IMG/VR virus record: IMGVR_UViG_3300033066_001295 | Location: 1-64,000 of that record | Reading direction: 5' to 3' (one strand) | From: a virus | Taxonomy: Duplodnaviria > Caudoviricetes | Length of the DNA stretch: 64,000 bases | Shown: positions 18,933 through 29,120 of the stretch, piece by piece | Numbering within the stretch: position 1 is the stretch's first letter | How the letters are laid out: the number at the start of each line of letters is the position of its first letter | Notes under the pieces: generated by a model | The model's input: the letters and a program-made list of their open reading frames with translations, nothing else | Databases searched by the model: none | What the model was told of the DNA's origin: nothing | Translations under genes and position numbers: made by a program

Positions 18933-20987
18933 TTACTCCCTCATGTGTTTCACCATAGCCACTCCCGGATGAACTTGCTTGGTCTCGTTCAAATTGCCAC
19001 TTTCAACAACCTTTCTGGCAAACGCCATGAACTCAGCCCTCTTTGACTCATTGAGTGGGTAACTTGTGTCAGTGAACGGAGTTTTATCACGGGAGAAGGA
19101 CTCAACCAGAGAGCACTTCCGAGCCTGCTTTAGCTCAAGGAGAGTGCGAATCTGCATTTTTGTCTTGTACACACTCTCGATAAACCGATGAGCATCTTTT
19201 ACCTGTGGGCTGGCTGTTTCAAGAAGGTTGTTCTTGTTAGACTTGAATTCTTCGAGTGTCTTCTTGCTGGAGAGGTACTTTTCACTGATCTTTGAAAATA
19301 TTGACTCCAGCAAATTTGCTGGGAGACCAAACAAAGACTCAGCACCACCTCCGGTTGGAGCGGCTGGCATGGCTGCACCACCACCCATAGGCTGGCTTCC
19401 ACCGATCTCACCACCGATAGGGGGCATCCCTCCTCCGGGAGCACCAGCACCCATGGGAGCACCACCCATCAAGTCAGCACCAAGGTCAACTCCACCTCCG
19501 GGACCGGGCATGGCACCACCACCCATTCCAGCAGCAGCCATGTCTTGCTCCTCCTGTTCACGGTTGTCACGTACGGCTTTCTCAATAGCTGCGGCAAGCT
19601 TGGCTATCTCAACAAATTCCTTTGGAACATGGAGATAGTTTTTGAAGACAAGATCAATGATCTCTTTGTTTGGTATGTCCAAACTCTGGCAGAGACCAGT
19701 AAGATTGCTGGCAAGTGCAACCTGACTCTCCATTGTAGCAGCATTCATTTCCTCCTCGATGGAAGAGATACGGCTCATCTCCACCTCGATGGTGTGCTCA
19801 GACGGGTTGAGGCCTTTGAAGGCAAGGTGGAGTTCAGCAAGCCTCTTGAATCCTTGAACAATGGGACGCCTTAGAACACGGATCATACGGGCGAACCGGA
19901 TGTCCTGAGACACGAGAGAAGATTTCGCCAGCCCTGCTGTGTCATCCTCAAAACCAATGTATGCTTTAGGTATTCTGGCACCACCGAAGAGCATCTTGAA
20001 GAGAAGATCAAGGTCATGAACATCAGGAACATCACGTGTTCCTTCCATTTTTTCCAGCTTATGTCCCTCCTCCTTGCGGAATGGGAAGAACATGATGCTA
20101 TCAGTAGCAGGAGGGTTATAACGCTCCTGCATGTCATTGTTCTGGGTATCAATTGATACCTGATTCCTCAGCAGATTACGCATCTGGTTAGCCTGATTCA
20201 TCATCTCCCAGATTGTCATGTTTCCACAGTCAATCCAGAGCATGAACCTCGTTGGCATGGTGTGAAGACGGTAAACAACCATGTTATCAATGGCCATTTT
20301 GATCTTCCTGTAGGTGCCAAAAAGATGTTCGATCAAACCTACACCATACTCGGAGGTGTTGTCCTCAATGCGACGAAAGTGGATGAATTCCCATGGTGAA
20401 AACAGGGTCCTGTCTTCCATGTAGCTGATAGAGTCATCTGGGCTGTAAGGTGTCTGACCTTGCCACTTGAACCCAATAAGACGCTTGGTTGAAGGTTCCC
20501 ATACCCGCTCAACTTCCCTGTTTGATACAGCTACAATCTGCTGAATACCCTCTTCATTACGCAGAATTCTGCGATAGCAGTTACCCGTTCCTGCCACACT
20601 TGAGGCAATGCTGAAAATGTGGTCTTCAGCGTTGATACGCTCAAGCATCTCATTAAGCTCACGTTCAAGTTCAACATTAGAGCACTTGTACCAGATTGTC
20701 TTGCCCTTGTTAATATCGGGCTGTGTGCATTCTTCGGCATAGAGTGAGATGATCGGTTTGATGATCTCATACCGGCACATATCATCAAGCTCCTGTTGAT
20801 GAGATGCATAGTCATTGGAAGCTCCAACTGATGAGTAGTAGTACTGGGCGAGTGCGTTCGAGTTCCAATTGGTATCACCCAAATTGCGCTTGCGCTCCTC
20901 ATTCGTGAGGTTGTTAGGCGCAGCCTCAAACCACCCGAACAAGTTCCAAAGTGTGTAAAGCCTGCCTCTTTGCTGTGGTTGTGCCAT
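18933..20987 (-). CDS. portal protein (T4 gp20-like)
   Basis: PWEFIHFR, YG.GL.E, MVVYRL..P.R...IDCGNM, IPKAYIG, SQDIRFAR. Confidence 0.93.
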   Translation of the reverse strand: MAQPQQRGRLYTLWNLFGWFEAAPNNLTNEERKRNLGDTNWNSNALAQYYYSSVGASNDYASHQQELDDMCRYEIIKPIISLYAEECTQPDINKGKTIWYKCSNVELERELNEMLERINAEDHIFSIASSVAGTGNCYRRILRNEEGIQQIVAVSNREVERVWEPSTKRLIGFKWQGQTPYSPDDSISYMEDRTLFSPWEFIHFRRIEDNTSEYGVGLIEHLFGTYRKIKMAIDNMVVYRLHTMPTRFMLWIDCGNMTIWEMMNQANQMRNLLRNQVSIDTQNNDMQERYNPPATDSIMFFPFRKEEGHKLEKMEGTRDVPDVHDLDLLFKMLFGGARIPKAYIGFEDDTAGLAKSSLVSQDIRFARMIRVLRRPIVQGFKRLAELHLAFKGLNPSEHTIEVEMSRISSIEEEMNAATMESQVALASNLTGLCQSLDIPNKEIIDLVFKNYLHVPKEFVEIAKLAAAIEKAVRDNREQEEQDMAAAGMGGGAMPGPGGGVDLGADLMGGAPMGAGAPGGGMPPIGGEIGGSQPMGGGAAMPAAPTGGGAESLFGLPANLLESIFSKISEKYLSSKKTLEEFKSNKNNLLETASPQVKDAHRFIESVYKTKMQIRTLLELKQARKCSLVESFSRDKTPFTDTSYPLNESKRAEFMAFARKVVESGNLNETKQVHPGVAMVKHMRE

Positions 20988-20988
20988 G

Positions 20989-23424
20989 TTAGTAGGACTT
21001 GCCGTTGATGATGATGTTTCTGAGGACTACTCTTTCCTGTGAGGACGGGTTAATAACCTCCACCACTGAGTCAGTAGAGCCTATGTTAACCCTATAGCTT
21101 CCAACACCATTTACAGATGCAACCAAAGCTTCCAAATCAGACCTTAGCATGATTTGAGCAGGAAGCACCTTATAGGTGAAATATTCCTTGAACTTCTTGA
21201 CGATGTTTGGAGTGATTGATACTGTTGAGGTGCTGCTTGTAGCAGCGTAGTTGATATAGATGTCAACAGGCCGGTCAATCTGCCAGCCAACGGCCAGATA
21301 GTCACTATTGATAACTTCAGCGTTAGCTATGGAGTAATTAGCCTTCAGAGGTGTCTCTGGCCTAAGTGTTATAACAGAGTCAGATATGGCCTCAATAAGT
21401 GCTGATGTAGGCTCCTTACCAAGTTGGAACAGTGTTATAATACCACCAACATCGAAGATTGAGCCATCATCAACAACAACTGAAGTTTGGCCCTTAGTGG
21501 CGTTGGCTATGAGTTTTGTCTTCTTTGGTGTCTGAAGTGTATTGATCAACAACTCCATTTCTGTCTTGGGCATGTAGTCAATGTTAGGGCTGTCAAACAG
21601 TGCATACTCAACTTCAGGCACACTCTCTACAGCTTCATAGAGTCGGGAGATTCGCATTATATCGCCCGGAAGAATATTTTTGAATGCCTCATTCAGTGCA
21701 GAAGCAACTTTCTCCCTGACAATATCATCAGCTACACTATTGTCATACTTGTAGAAGAAACGTAAAGGCAGGCTGGCTGTCACACCATCAAGAACAACCA
21801 CCTCATCTGTGATCATTTTCCTCAAATTGAGGTAATCAAGAAGTGAGCTTTTTAGTGTGATCGTAGGTGCTGAAAGCTGACTGTTAGCACCTTCGACCCA
21901 GACATAAACCCAGATGATGTTTTGCTCACGAGGTACAGTGTTTTTATGTAGAACACCCTTGGCATACTTGATCCTGCCTGCTTGTGGAGAAACGAAGTTT
22001 GAGGCTAGGTAGGCATAGTCTGTGGCACTCACAGCACGGTCGTTGGTTCTGACAAACTGAACGAGGTTACGTTTTGCCTCTTCGATTGTTTCCCTGTCTT
22101 GACCACCACGACCAGTGGTATAAGGGTTTGTCAGGAACAAGGTTCCCGTGCGTGTAGTAGAGTCATCACCGGTTATGGACTCAGATACCTGAAGTGAGTA
22201 GGAGAAGGTGTTCTGAGGTATGTTACCCTCCTTGCCACCACCTACTCTGTAGGTTATCTCAACTGAAGCACTTTCAGGCACAAGTTTGCCGAAGATTCCG
22301 TCGCCAAATTTGACAGTGATTTTGTCATCGTGGTCAAATTCAACCTCGAACACTTCCTCATCATATGAGTTGAACAGGAGTGATGCTGTCTCCTCCCAAG
22401 GTATGCTGTTCACCTTCACCATGACACCTGTAGAGATAGCCCCTTTTACCAAAGAAGTTACACCTGACACGATGAAGGATTCACTTCTTGATGTAATAAC
22501 TGGGAAGAACCCGGACTTTAGACTCCAGTTTTTGCGCTCGGCGTCAGTTGATGGTGAGGTGAAGTTTTCTGTCTTTGTCTCACCTTGAACAAGTGAAACA
22601 TTGCGGTTCTCAATCCTCCATTTCCCAATGAAGTCAGTAGCCCCATCCCATGGCCTGTCAAGAAACAGGACTGACCTGTCATACACATCATAGTAGAGCT
22701 TGCCGATGGAGGTGATGGCAAATTCATTACGTGTGGCGTCAGGTGCTGAGGTAAAGGAAGCTGATGAGAGAGTACTTGCTGAGGTGTTCAGCATGTTCTC
22801 AAGACAGAGTATGTTTCCGTCACCGACAGTAGATGAGAAGCTAAACTCAGAGGAAAGCCTGTTGCCAAGGTAGTCCACCAGAATTGCTTGTGATGATCCT
22901 CGCTCAATTTTCACCAAAGCACCGACAACAAAAGAAGTTCCTTCGCTGTTATACACAGTCGCTTTGATGTCACCATAGCCATTTACAACTTTTACCGGTG
23001 TGTACTTTCCACGCTCAATGCGCGTATCAGCAGCCACTTCCCAGACAATGCCATTGATATTGGATACCTTTGAACCCTTCCTGATGATATAGTTACCTAC
23101 AGTCGGTGGGTTTGATACTTGGCCATAGACATCCAGAGAGGCCGCACTATTTCTGCGAATGGTGTAGCCTGTGAGCTTGGAGAAGTGGGTGAGACTTTCC
23201 CTCAACCGAAGAGTATCAATGAAACACTCCTGAGTTTGGGCGTCAATGATATAACTGAGCATTGCGTGGTCATACGCAATAACTTCGAGAAGAACTTCAC
23301 CAAGGTCACCCTCAAAAAAGGAGTTCCAGCTTTCAGGAGCACGCGAGGAAATATACTCCTTGAGAAGCTGGAGGTTGGTGTCATAGTCACGACCGGTGAA
23401 ATCTATCGTCTGGATGGAAGTCAT
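20989..23424 (-). CDS. baseplate wedge subunit (gp6 / baseplate J-like)
   Basis: IDFTGRDYD, FGDG.FGK, YRVGGG..GN, GG.DRETIEE, RAVS..DY. Confidence 0.9.
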   Translation of the reverse strand: MTSIQTIDFTGRDYDTNLQLLKEYISSRAPESWNSFFEGDLGEVLLEVIAYDHAMLSYIIDAQTQECFIDTLRLRESLTHFSKLTGYTIRRNSAASLDVYGQVSNPPTVGNYIIRKGSKVSNINGIVWEVAADTRIERGKYTPVKVVNGYGDIKATVYNSEGTSFVVGALVKIERGSSQAILVDYLGNRLSSEFSFSSTVGDGNILCLENMLNTSASTLSSASFTSAPDATRNEFAITSIGKLYYDVYDRSVLFLDRPWDGATDFIGKWRIENRNVSLVQGETKTENFTSPSTDAERKNWSLKSGFFPVITSRSESFIVSGVTSLVKGAISTGVMVKVNSIPWEETASLLFNSYDEEVFEVEFDHDDKITVKFGDGIFGKLVPESASVEITYRVGGGKEGNIPQNTFSYSLQVSESITGDDSTTRTGTLFLTNPYTTGRGGQDRETIEEAKRNLVQFVRTNDRAVSATDYAYLASNFVSPQAGRIKYAKGVLHKNTVPREQNIIWVYVWVEGANSQLSAPTITLKSSLLDYLNLRKMITDEVVVLDGVTASLPLRFFYKYDNSVADDIVREKVASALNEAFKNILPGDIMRISRLYEAVESVPEVEYALFDSPNIDYMPKTEMELLINTLQTPKKTKLIANATKGQTSVVVDDGSIFDVGGIITLFQLGKEPTSALIEAISDSVITLRPETPLKANYSIANAEVINSDYLAVGWQIDRPVDIYINYAATSSTSTVSITPNIVKKFKEYFTYKVLPAQIMLRSDLEALVASVNGVGSYRVNIGSTDSVVEVINPSSQERVVLRNIIINGKSY

Positions 23425-23458
23425 TCTCTATATCTACCCTTAGTGCTGAACTTGAACA

Positions 23459-25339
23459 ATGGTTACACTTGATCGGATTCTTTACAAGAATTACATGAAC
23501 ATTAAGGAACAGGAAGTTCCTCTCAAAGATCAAGGTCTTGTTCTTGTTACAGGTAAAAATGGTGCCGGGAAGAGTTCTCTGTTCATTGAAGGACCCTATT
23601 ACGCCTTATATGGCAAGAGTTTCAAGTACAAGGGTGACAAGCCCGGTGATAATGTAGTCAATGACTATATAGCTGAAGGCGAAGACTCCTATGTCAAGCT
23701 GTGGCTTGAAGTTGATGGCACCGAATATGTCATTGTCAGGTCACGTCGCTCCAAAGAGTATGAGCCGGGTGTGTCTGTGTTCTCCGATGGCAAGGACCTG
23801 TCACGTGGGACTGGTGATGAAACTCAGGAGTTCATCAACAGCCTGATTGGCATGGGTCCAGCCGCCTTCACTCATTCTGTGGTATTCAGCACCAAGATTT
23901 TGAAGTTCCCGACGCTGAAGGACTCGGAAAAGAAGGAGATTTTTGATGAGATTCTACAGCTTGAGGTGTTGAACGTCGCTCTTGAGGAGACAAAGGCTGC
24001 CCTAAAAAAGCTCAAGGAAAAGAAGAAGACCCTGACAGATAGGTTGAAGTTTTGCAAGGAGACAATTGACAGGCTAGAGAAAGGTATAACAGAATCAGAG
24101 GCTGAATCTGCATTGTGGGAATCTGGGCGCAAAGGCAGGATAGAAGCCTTGGGTGATTCAATCGAGGAGATGGGTGTCAGCATAGCCAAGCTGAAAGGCA
24201 AAAAGGACGACATTCAGAACAAGCTATCAAGTGCCAAGGCATCTCTTGAGAAGAAGAAGTCCAAGTATGAAAAAATGCGTGACTTGATTGATGCTGAAGC
24301 CAATGAGATCACCAAGGACTCGACAAGGCTTGAAAGCGAGCACAATAGTTTGGTAAATGCCATCTTTGCAAATAAGACAGAGAGAACAAAGATAGAGAAC
24401 CTCATCAAGAACAAGAAGTGCCCTACGTGCAAGGGTGCCGTGTCGAGAGAGTTGCTTTCCTCCGAAATTAATGAATGCGAGCGCAAACTGAGTGGTCTAA
24501 CAAGAGAGCTTGAAGCTAATGTAAGTTCAGGGTCAGATATTTCTGACAGAAGAGAGGCTGTTAATGAAGCTAAAAAACAGCTTTCCGAGTTCAACAATGA
24601 GGTAAAAGGTCTGGGCACTCTGGTTAACACCCTTGGTGATGAGTTTGATATAGCTACAGAAACCCACAATGATGCCGTCCTTGAGAGAAGCCGGAATGTG
24701 GCAAAGCTGGAAGCTGAGAAAGATGCTCTTAACCCATATAGTCTGAAGCTCGATGGCTTGAAGAAGTCCTTGAGGGATGAAAGAATCAGGTTGAAAGAGA
24801 GCGAGGAGGAGCACTCGGCTGTTATTACTGAAATAGAGGAGGAGGAAATCTGTGAAGATGTTCTCGGCCCGAAGGGTGCCAGACTTTACATGATTCAGGC
24901 AGCCATCCCGATGTTGAATGCTGAGGCGGCTAAAGTTCAGTCGATCATGGGGACAAGACTGTCTGTCAATTTCAAGCTCAAGAGCAGCGAGGAGGCATAC
25001 GGTGGAAATCTGGTGACTGAGGTGTTCAACCCCAAGGGTGCCAAGAAATATGAGGGTGATTCAGAGGGCGAACAGGCATGTGTTGACTGGATTTTGCTTT
25101 TGAGCTTGCTGGCTTTGGTTAGCAGCCGTGGCAAGAAGTCCTTCAATCAGGCTTTTTATGACGAGGTCTTTGATTCACTTGATGAGGAGAACGAGGTAGG
25201 TGTGCTCAATGTGCTGAAGAGCATCGCATTAACCAAAAGTTCAGTTTTTATGTTGTCACACTCTGCAATTGAGATCGGTGGGCAGTGTGACCGGGTTTGG
25301 AAAGTTGACGAAGGGAAGCTGATTCAGGAAGACGCTTGA
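23459..25339 (+). CDS. SbcC/Rad50/gp46 recombination ATPase
   Basis: Walker A GKNGAGKSS, coiled coils, CPTC zinc hook, SEGE signature, DEVFDSLD, SH. Confidence 0.92.
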   Translation: MVTLDRILYKNYMNIKEQEVPLKDQGLVLVTGKNGAGKSSLFIEGPYYALYGKSFKYKGDKPGDNVVNDYIAEGEDSYVKLWLEVDGTEYVIVRSRRSKEYEPGVSVFSDGKDLSRGTGDETQEFINSLIGMGPAAFTHSVVFSTKILKFPTLKDSEKKEIFDEILQLEVLNVALEETKAALKKLKEKKKTLTDRLKFCKETIDRLEKGITESEAESALWESGRKGRIEALGDSIEEMGVSIAKLKGKKDDIQNKLSSAKASLEKKKSKYEKMRDLIDAEANEITKDSTRLESEHNSLVNAIFANKTERTKIENLIKNKKCPTCKGAVSRELLSSEINECERKLSGLTRELEANVSSGSDISDRREAVNEAKKQLSEFNNEVKGLGTLVNTLGDEFDIATETHNDAVLERSRNVAKLEAEKDALNPYSLKLDGLKKSLRDERIRLKESEEEHSAVITEIEEEEICEDVLGPKGARLYMIQAAIPMLNAEAAKVQSIMGTRLSVNFKLKSSEEAYGGNLVTEVFNPKGAKKYEGDSEGEQACVDWILLLSLLALVSSRGKKSFNQAFYDEVFDSLDEENEVGVLNVLKSIALTKSSVFMLSHSAIEIGGQCDRVWKVDEGKLIQEDA

Positions 25340-25369
25340 CACTTCTGTTATAAAGCGTATTTTTGTAAA

Positions 25370-26107
25370 ATGATCATTGAATCAAAATTCAGAGACTTCT
25401 ACGATTGCATAGCCAAAAGGCCTGACTTCGTGGACAAGTCCTTTGTCTATGATCGCAAAACTACGTGCCTGAACATGCAGGGTGACAAGACCATAAGCCC
25501 ATTCAGCCCGTACAGTGTAACATTCAATAAAAAGCATGGAGTGTTGCCATCGGAGATACCCTTCAGTACAGGGTTCCCCTTTCAAAACTCACGTTTTCAC
25601 TTCAGAGATGATGACAAAATGTATGGCCACTTGGCTGCATTGATTGTAGCGGGTAAACTTTATCCATTTGTGTGGCTGGATAACCGTCACCACGACTCGT
25701 TTTGTTATGATGATGAGACTATTGCTAAATTCGTCAAGGAGACCCAATGGGGAAAAAAGGAGCAGGAGGTTGTTATCAACCAGATCAAGTTTTTGAGGAA
25801 GCAAGATTTCAGTGACCTGTGCTTAAAGTACCAAGCTCCTGTTCTCGGTATAAATGTTGATCGCCACATGAACAGGAATGGTAACCTAACTTTGAATCCA
25901 CGTCTTCAGGACTTTGGCTTTGAAAAAGTTCTCGACCCCTTTCAGACATATCAGTTAATCTTTGGCTTTATATCCAATTTTCTGGTTCCGAAACCAAAAG
26001 AGCCTAGACCTATAACATCAAAGCAGAAAGCTGCTGCACATGGGTTTGACACCAAGACTTCCTTCCGTAAAGATACACCACCAACTCGGAAACAGAAAAG
26101 AGCATGA
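25370..26107 (+). CDS. conserved phage hypothetical protein
   Basis: SKFRDFYD, NP.L....F..V.DP...YQ, HGFD..TSFR; TTGACA-16-TATTTT upstream. Confidence 0.7.
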   Translation: MIIESKFRDFYDCIAKRPDFVDKSFVYDRKTTCLNMQGDKTISPFSPYSVTFNKKHGVLPSEIPFSTGFPFQNSRFHFRDDDKMYGHLAALIVAGKLYPFVWLDNRHHDSFCYDDETIAKFVKETQWGKKEQEVVINQIKFLRKQDFSDLCLKYQAPVLGINVDRHMNRNGNLTLNPRLQDFGFEKVLDPFQTYQLIFGFISNFLVPKPKEPRPITSKQKAAAHGFDTKTSFRKDTPPTRKQKRA

Positions 26108-26475
26108 AGAAACTGGCACCATCAAAACAAGCTGAAGCTCTGAAGTATCTCTTCAAGTTTCCCGGCACAGTCATTGCTGAAAGGCAGAAGCCAAAAAAGT
26201 CACCCAAGTCAAAGGTGATGAAATTTGGTTGGTTTGCAGGTGATACTGACATTGAACTTTCTGACAAGACAGTGGACAAGATGGAAGAGAAGGGCTGGAT
26301 CAAGCCCAAGGGTGATGGCAAGTACGTCTTGGACGAAGAGGGTCAAGCCTTGGCAGAGATGATGTGTGGTCAGAAGGAGTATGATTTTACCACCAACCTA
26401 TTTGTGAAGGTGGACAACTATGACGAGGACCCTCTTCACAAACCAGACATAACAATCAGTGACGAAACACCATGA
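26104..26475 (+). CDS. hypothetical protein (possible winged helix)
   Basis: ATGA-coupled 123 aa ORF; MEEKGWI...Y.L..EG. Confidence 0.55.
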   Translation: MKKLAPSKQAEALKYLFKFPGTVIAERQKPKKSPKSKVMKFGWFAGDTDIELSDKTVDKMEEKGWIKPKGDGKYVLDEEGQALAEMMCGQKEYDFTTNLFVKVDNYDEDPLHKPDITISDETP

Positions 26476-26906
26476 CGCCTGCTGACACCATTGTGTCCTT
26501 CACCGGGCCTAACTTCTTTTTGAGCAACTTTTTCCCCTACGGTGTTTGGTATGGTGGAATGCTGTACCCATCAACTGAAAATGCATATCAGGCAGCCAAG
26601 TCGGAAGACTTGAGCATGAGGGAGAAGTTCATCTCTATATCTGCTGGTCAGGCAAAGCGTCTCGGAAAGAGCATCAAGTACCGGTCAGACTGGGAGAATG
26701 TCAAAGAAGGCATAATGTTGGAACTTAACCGGAAAAAGTTCTCTGATGGCTACCTGAGAAACCAGCTTGTAGCCACGGGAGACAGGGAAATCATCGAAGG
26801 CAACAATCATTATGATAAAATTTGGGGGGCTGTTTGGAATGGTAAGGAATGGGTTGGGGAAAACAAACTTGGAAAGATACTTATGCAGATCAGGTCTGAA
26901 CAATAG
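26472..26906 (+). CDS. NADAR family protein
   Basis: FLSNF, YPSTENAYQAAK, AKRLG, DW...K, KF, L.ATG..IIE, D..WG, GENKLG..LM. Confidence 0.92.
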   Translation: MTPADTIVSFTGPNFFLSNFFPYGVWYGGMLYPSTENAYQAAKSEDLSMREKFISISAGQAKRLGKSIKYRSDWENVKEGIMLELNRKKFSDGYLRNQLVATGDREIIEGNNHYDKIWGAVWNGKEWVGENKLGKILMQIRSEQ

Positions 26907-27540
26907 GTCGTCTCCATCCTTTGTGATGATTCCGTTCCCCCCTTAACACCAAGCATATCTTTGGCGGTGATAAATCATTTTCACGGCAAAATTTTCTGAA
27001 GTTTGTCACTCGGATTACCTGTCCATTGGGGGATACTAGAGTGCCTGATTTAACCTTATAACGTGTAGGTACAGCAACCTGTCTCCCAGCATAACGCTCT
27101 TTTAGTTTAACCCTACCTGACTCTGACATTTTTTTGCCCAAGTGGGATTTTTTCAGTCTTTCAATGGTCTCTGGTGTTGCTTTCCTCCCCAGCATCCTAG
27201 CCCTGATTTTTGTTTTTGATTCCTCTGAGAGAACCATTCTGCCCTGACCGGCTCTAAGGTTATAACCATTTGGAGACATCGTGTTTAATCGGCCTACCCA
27301 TAAAATTTCAGCATTATCAAGCTCCTCTTGTGTGCAGCAATCTGGCAGAGTTTGAAGGACCCTTATCTTGAATTTTAGCTCCCCATATTTTGATATAGCA
27401 TGAACGATTGGCATCTTTTTTCGGTTCTTCCACCTAGCTTCCCCACAATGTCTCGCAAACCTTTCATGCTCTGTCAGTCTGGTTTGACCTATGTACTCCT
27501 TGCTGTTTAATTCGTTTGATATTGCATATATAAGTGGCAT
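26890..27540 (-). CDS. GIY-YIG homing endonuclease with NUMOD3-like repeats
   Basis: IYAI...YIGQT, RF..H, GYN, SEESK.KI repeats, HHKGW. Confidence 0.88.
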   Translation of the reverse strand: MPLIYAISNELNSKEYIGQTRLTEHERFARHCGEARWKNRKKMPIVHAISKYGELKFKIRVLQTLPDCCTQEELDNAEILWVGRLNTMSPNGYNLRAGQGRMVLSEESKTKIRARMLGRKATPETIERLKKSHLGKKMSESGRVKLKERYAGRQVAVPTRYKVKSGTLVSPNGQVIRVTNFRKFCRENDLSPPKICLVLRGERNHHKGWRRPIVQT

Positions 27541-27702
27541 GTTAGATATATACTTTCCATCTAATCTGCCCAATAGTTACCTCCACAAAATGATAGCTTC
27601 TTGGGTGAGAAAGGGTACGTAATTCAATGGCAGAATGGCACGATTTCAACCGTCGCCGTAGTGAGTTCGATTCTCACCGTACCTTCCAATGTAGATATAG
27701 GC

Positions 27703-27984
27703 ATGAACTTCCTATCTCTTTTTGAATCGTCAGTAGCTGACAAGCTTATAGCTATTGTCAGTGAGTTTCAACGAGCAAACCCGTACCCAGACTATGGGGA
27801 CCTTTACTGGAATGAAGCAGAGGGCAAAGTGCTCTATAATGTCGGAGACGGTCAAGAAGGGGATTTATCTGGCCTCGAAGACAGGCTTGCTGCTGTTCCG
27901 GGAGTAAAACACGCTGAAGTTGATTGTGAGTGTGGCAGACCGAATGGTTCCAAGCAAATTTGGCGACAAGAGGAACTGAAGTAG
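27703..27984 (+). CDS. putative head-packaged protein
   Basis: Starts MNFLSLFES; TAGATAT 4 nt upstream. Confidence 0.6.
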   Translation: MNFLSLFESSVADKLIAIVSEFQRANPYPDYGDLYWNEAEGKVLYNVGDGQEGDLSGLEDRLAAVPGVKHAEVDCECGRPNGSKQIWRQEELK

Positions 27985-28431
27985 TTACTTCCAAATTTCA
28001 CTCACAACATCAGGTGGTGCATCTGGAAGCTGGCGTGGTATCTCAACACTCATCCTCGACCAGTCTGGCCTGCCTTTTTCGTCGGTAAGTACTGTGACAG
28101 TTGAACCCTGATCCCAAGGCTTGTTCCATGCCCCTCTTGAGCGACCAACCTCCCAGCCTTCTCCATCTTTAGCCACGAGGACATGCCCATAAAGGCCGAA
28201 GCTGTTGGCATTTTTTGATACTGCGACAACCTTGAAATCTTTTGATCCACTAGTGCTGACCAGAGTGGAGTCAGGACCAAACTCAAACAGCTTCACAAAA
28301 GACTCAGTGTGGGTAGCCTTCTCACCGGCAGTGTGCTCATCTGCTAGGCAGCTTTTGCACCTTGAAAACTCGCCGTATGAGGGTGTGAACATCTTCCCAC
28401 ACTTTTTGCATTTCACCTGTTTGTGCTCCAT
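27985..28431 (-). CDS. hypothetical protein with N-terminal zinc ribbon
   Basis: CKKC..CKSC, internal FVKLFE; TATTTAT 4 nt upstream. Confidence 0.65.
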   Translation of the reverse strand: MEHKQVKCKKCGKMFTPSYGEFSRCKSCLADEHTAGEKATHTESFVKLFEFGPDSTLVSTSGSKDFKVVAVSKNANSFGLYGHVLVAKDGEGWEVGRSRGAWNKPWDQGSTVTVLTDEKGRPDWSRMSVEIPRQLPDAPPDVVSEIWK

Positions 28432-28609
28432 GAGTATAAATAGTGTTGACTCATTTCAATTACATGTCAGATTGATTCGCATGAAGACACCTTCGACATA
28501 CGGCTGAATGCAGCCTTGTTCATAGCCACCTGATCCGTGGTCCTCCGTTATTGGCACACACCTCAAATGACAATGTGCCAAGAAAACAAACAAAAAAACG
28601 GAGTATTAT

Positions 28610-29008
28610 ATGAACACAATCGAAAGAGTAAAGAGCAGAGCTAGGGACCGTCGTCTCTTCCTCAAAGTCAAAATCAAGAGCCTTGCTGAGGAGGCAAGGA
28701 TCATCAAGCACGCAGAGAAGAAGCACACATGGGTGTGTGAAGAACTCAGAATCCACAGGATTTGCGTTGTCAGGCTTGAAGCCAGAGCAACACACCTCGC
28801 CTATGGATTCATCCGTGGCAAGACACGCCAGCAGATCGAAGCCAAGCATCATCCACTTGGAGCCTATGGCAACAAGACGCTGCAAAGCAAGGTGAAGGCC
28901 ATGGTGGACAAGTATGGCAAGGTGTTTGACCCAGATATTGAGTGGAAGCAGAATGACCTGAACCACAAGGCACTCATGGAGCGTCTGGAAACTTGGTGGG
29001 CAGAATAA
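28610..29008 (+). CDS. conserved basic phage protein
   Basis: LKVKIKSLAEEARII, HR..VVR.EARATHLAYGFIRG. Confidence 0.7.
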   Translation: MNTIERVKSRARDRRLFLKVKIKSLAEEARIIKHAEKKHTWVCEELRIHRICVVRLEARATHLAYGFIRGKTRQQIEAKHHPLGAYGNKTLQSKVKAMVDKYGKVFDPDIEWKQNDLNHKALMERLETWWAE

Positions 29009-29015
29009 AAGTCAA

Positions 29016-29059
29016 CAGCCGGGGGAGGTACTCCCGGCTGTACGCCTCAATGGGGCGTA
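29016..29059 (+). terminator. tandem hairpins upstream of the RAMP locus
   Basis: CAGCCGGGGG/CTCCCGGCTG and TACGCCTCA/TGGGGCGTA stems; no strong U-tract. Confidence 0.45.
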
Positions 29060-29084
29060 AAATGCGTTCTGATATAAAAAGTTG

Positions 29085-29113
29085 TTGATATTGTTTTGTG
29101 CTGATGATATAGT
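29085..29113 (+). promoter_or_regulatory. sigma70-like promoter of the RAMP-array locus
   Basis: TTGATA-17 nt-TATAGT, 7 nt before ATG 29121. Confidence 0.75.
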
Positions 29114-29120
29114 TCAAAAT

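Noticed and set aside
26890-27573. Group I intron around the GIY-YIG or HNH genes
   Set aside because: Flanking genes (NADAR, capsid) look complete and no intron core is evident; the endonucleases appear free-standing.
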